Origin: Gordius albopunctatus | Lineage: Eukaryota | Assembly: GCA_964276515.1 (NCBI GenBank) | Contig: OZ193909.1 | Coordinates: forward strand, 17,546,001-17,610,000 | DNA length: 64,000 nt | Reading direction: 5' to 3' | In this document: positions 62,460 to 64,000 of the stretch, piece by piece | Numbering within the stretch: position 1 is the stretch's first letter | How the letters are laid out: each line of letters begins with the position of its first letter | Translations under genes and position numbers: made by a program | The notes under the pieces: model-generated | What the model saw: the letters and a program-made list of their open reading frames with translations, nothing else | Told to the model about the DNA's origin: nothing | The model's database searches: none

Positions 62460-64000
62460 TAGTGTTTCGATCTCATCTCGGTCTCGAAAGCAAAATCTCG
62501 TCTCGTCGAATGCGACTATGAAAATCTCGTCTCGTCTCGGTTTGGAAAAATCTCGGTCTCATCTCGACGAGATTTCTCGACATGTCTCGATTGTAATTTA
62601 TTTTATGGAATATAAGTTTTTTCCTTAATTTTTTCTTGAATTATAATATAAATAAAAAATTATAAATTGAATTGATGAACATTTTTTTAATTAAAATCTT
62701 TTTTTAGCTTGTTATTTATTCCACTTTAACATATATTATTCATTATAGTTTATAAGCTTTTATAAACTTTATACCTTTAAATTAAATAAAATAATAACAT
62801 GTACACAATGTTACTAAATTTGATAGCGTCATTTACAAAATCAAAAATAATAGTTTCTATAAAATGGGCAGATTTAGAAAAAATATCATTAAAATTGCAA
62901 AGCTATCCTGCCTGCCACGAATGCAAAAATTTAATCAATAAAAGTCTCCTTAAATTTAGACACACTAAATTGTGCGTTAAAGTGATACAATCAATAGAAG
63001 TAGCAGTTTTACCAAAGTGTAAACATAAGAATTTTGAGTATTCAATAAATTGCATGTATACAATTTCATAGCACATACTTTTACACTCAAATATTAAACG
63101 GTTATATTATAGTGTGCGTTTACCATATTACATTATGTTCCAAAATATTTGCTTGTACCATTTTAAAATAATTTTGCCATTGTATATTAATTTACTTATA
63201 AAGTTTAGGCTTATATTTTATTGTTTTTCGAAATTGTAACATTTACAGGAACTCTAATAAATTGGAAATGCACCTGCCAACTTTACCATTATAAAATGAA
63301 AGGTAACGTAAATTTCATAAAAAATGCATGTTATTTATTGGCGTAGGGACCCCCTTGGACAGAAAAATTTGATTTTTTTTTCAAATTATACCGAAAAATT
63401 CAATGATATTAATAGGAGCCTTGTTAGTGTAGACATATAAAAAATAATTAATAATTTTAATTAATTTGATATTTAATTTTAGATGAAATCTCTACTAATT
63501 CTAACACTATTTATACAAAATTTTCTGTCCCGAATGCGTGTTTTCTAATAGGAAAAAGTTAAATCCTTAATATTTCTTTAAAAAACTATCTCAACTTCTA
63601 AAATAAACGAGGAAGATGCTAATACAAGCCAAATTTTAATAAAGGTAATTGATCATTTTATTTTTTTAAGTATTTAACATGGGTATTTACATTAGTTCCT
63701 TGTTTATAGAGATTGCGGATATACTACTAGACAAGAGGACAATAATAAAATACAATTAATTAATACTCAATTTAAATGATAATTTTATAAAGCGTTTAGA
63801 ACATTTCATTCATGCATGCTTCATTTTTAAACATACTTCAAAATCTAATTTCCTTAGAAATTGTGCGTGCTAATTCTACAGTGGATATTGATGAGAAAAT
63901 TCAACTAAAAATTAATATGCTTCATGGTTTAGTAAATTCATTTTTTAAGGTTTACATTTTAATGATCATGATTTAGCCAACTTTATTACAGCAAATACAG
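62460..64000. mobile_element. Left end of a second family E element; right end not in window
   Basis: tagtgtttcgatctcatctcggtctcgaaagcaaaatctcgtc is nearly identical to the end at 50678; interior has a CxxC segment (ORF 62799-63071) resembling a P-transposase C-terminus. Extent is uncertain. Confidence 0.55.

Noticed and set aside
63480..63940. Possible multi-exon gene with mini-introns near the window end
   Set aside because: Splice-like signals exist, but I could not build an open, recognisable frame; it is probably decayed cargo.

Overview
AT-rich eukaryotic (animal, probably invertebrate) scaffold with one 200-N gap at 20476-20675. Four intron-containing housekeeping genes were reconstructed by hand: NOL12/Rrp17 (+, 5294-6294), cyclin K (-, 7052-8906), SPT5 (+, 11204-32714, 23 exons) and MICU1 (-, 32854-45036, 12 exons). 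Introns are either very short (35-42 nt) or expanded by transposons. The rest of the window is a dense transposon landscape: two decayed Ty3/gypsy elements, a young near-intact RTE LINE with an 18-bp TSD, CRE-like retrotransposon pieces, hAT, P-like, piggyBac-like, Harbinger-like and 9-bp-TSD elements and MITEs, and a tRNA-derived SINE. The most unusual structures are a head-to-head CRE foldback with ~0.9-kb near-identical arms inside an SPT5 intron, hAT-type ends carrying mosaic cargo, transposons abutting three start codons, CpG depletion near gene 5' ends, and one MITE family that repeatedly hosts other insertions. All calls come from manual reading and translation; no database search was run, and TE boundaries without a TSD are approximate.
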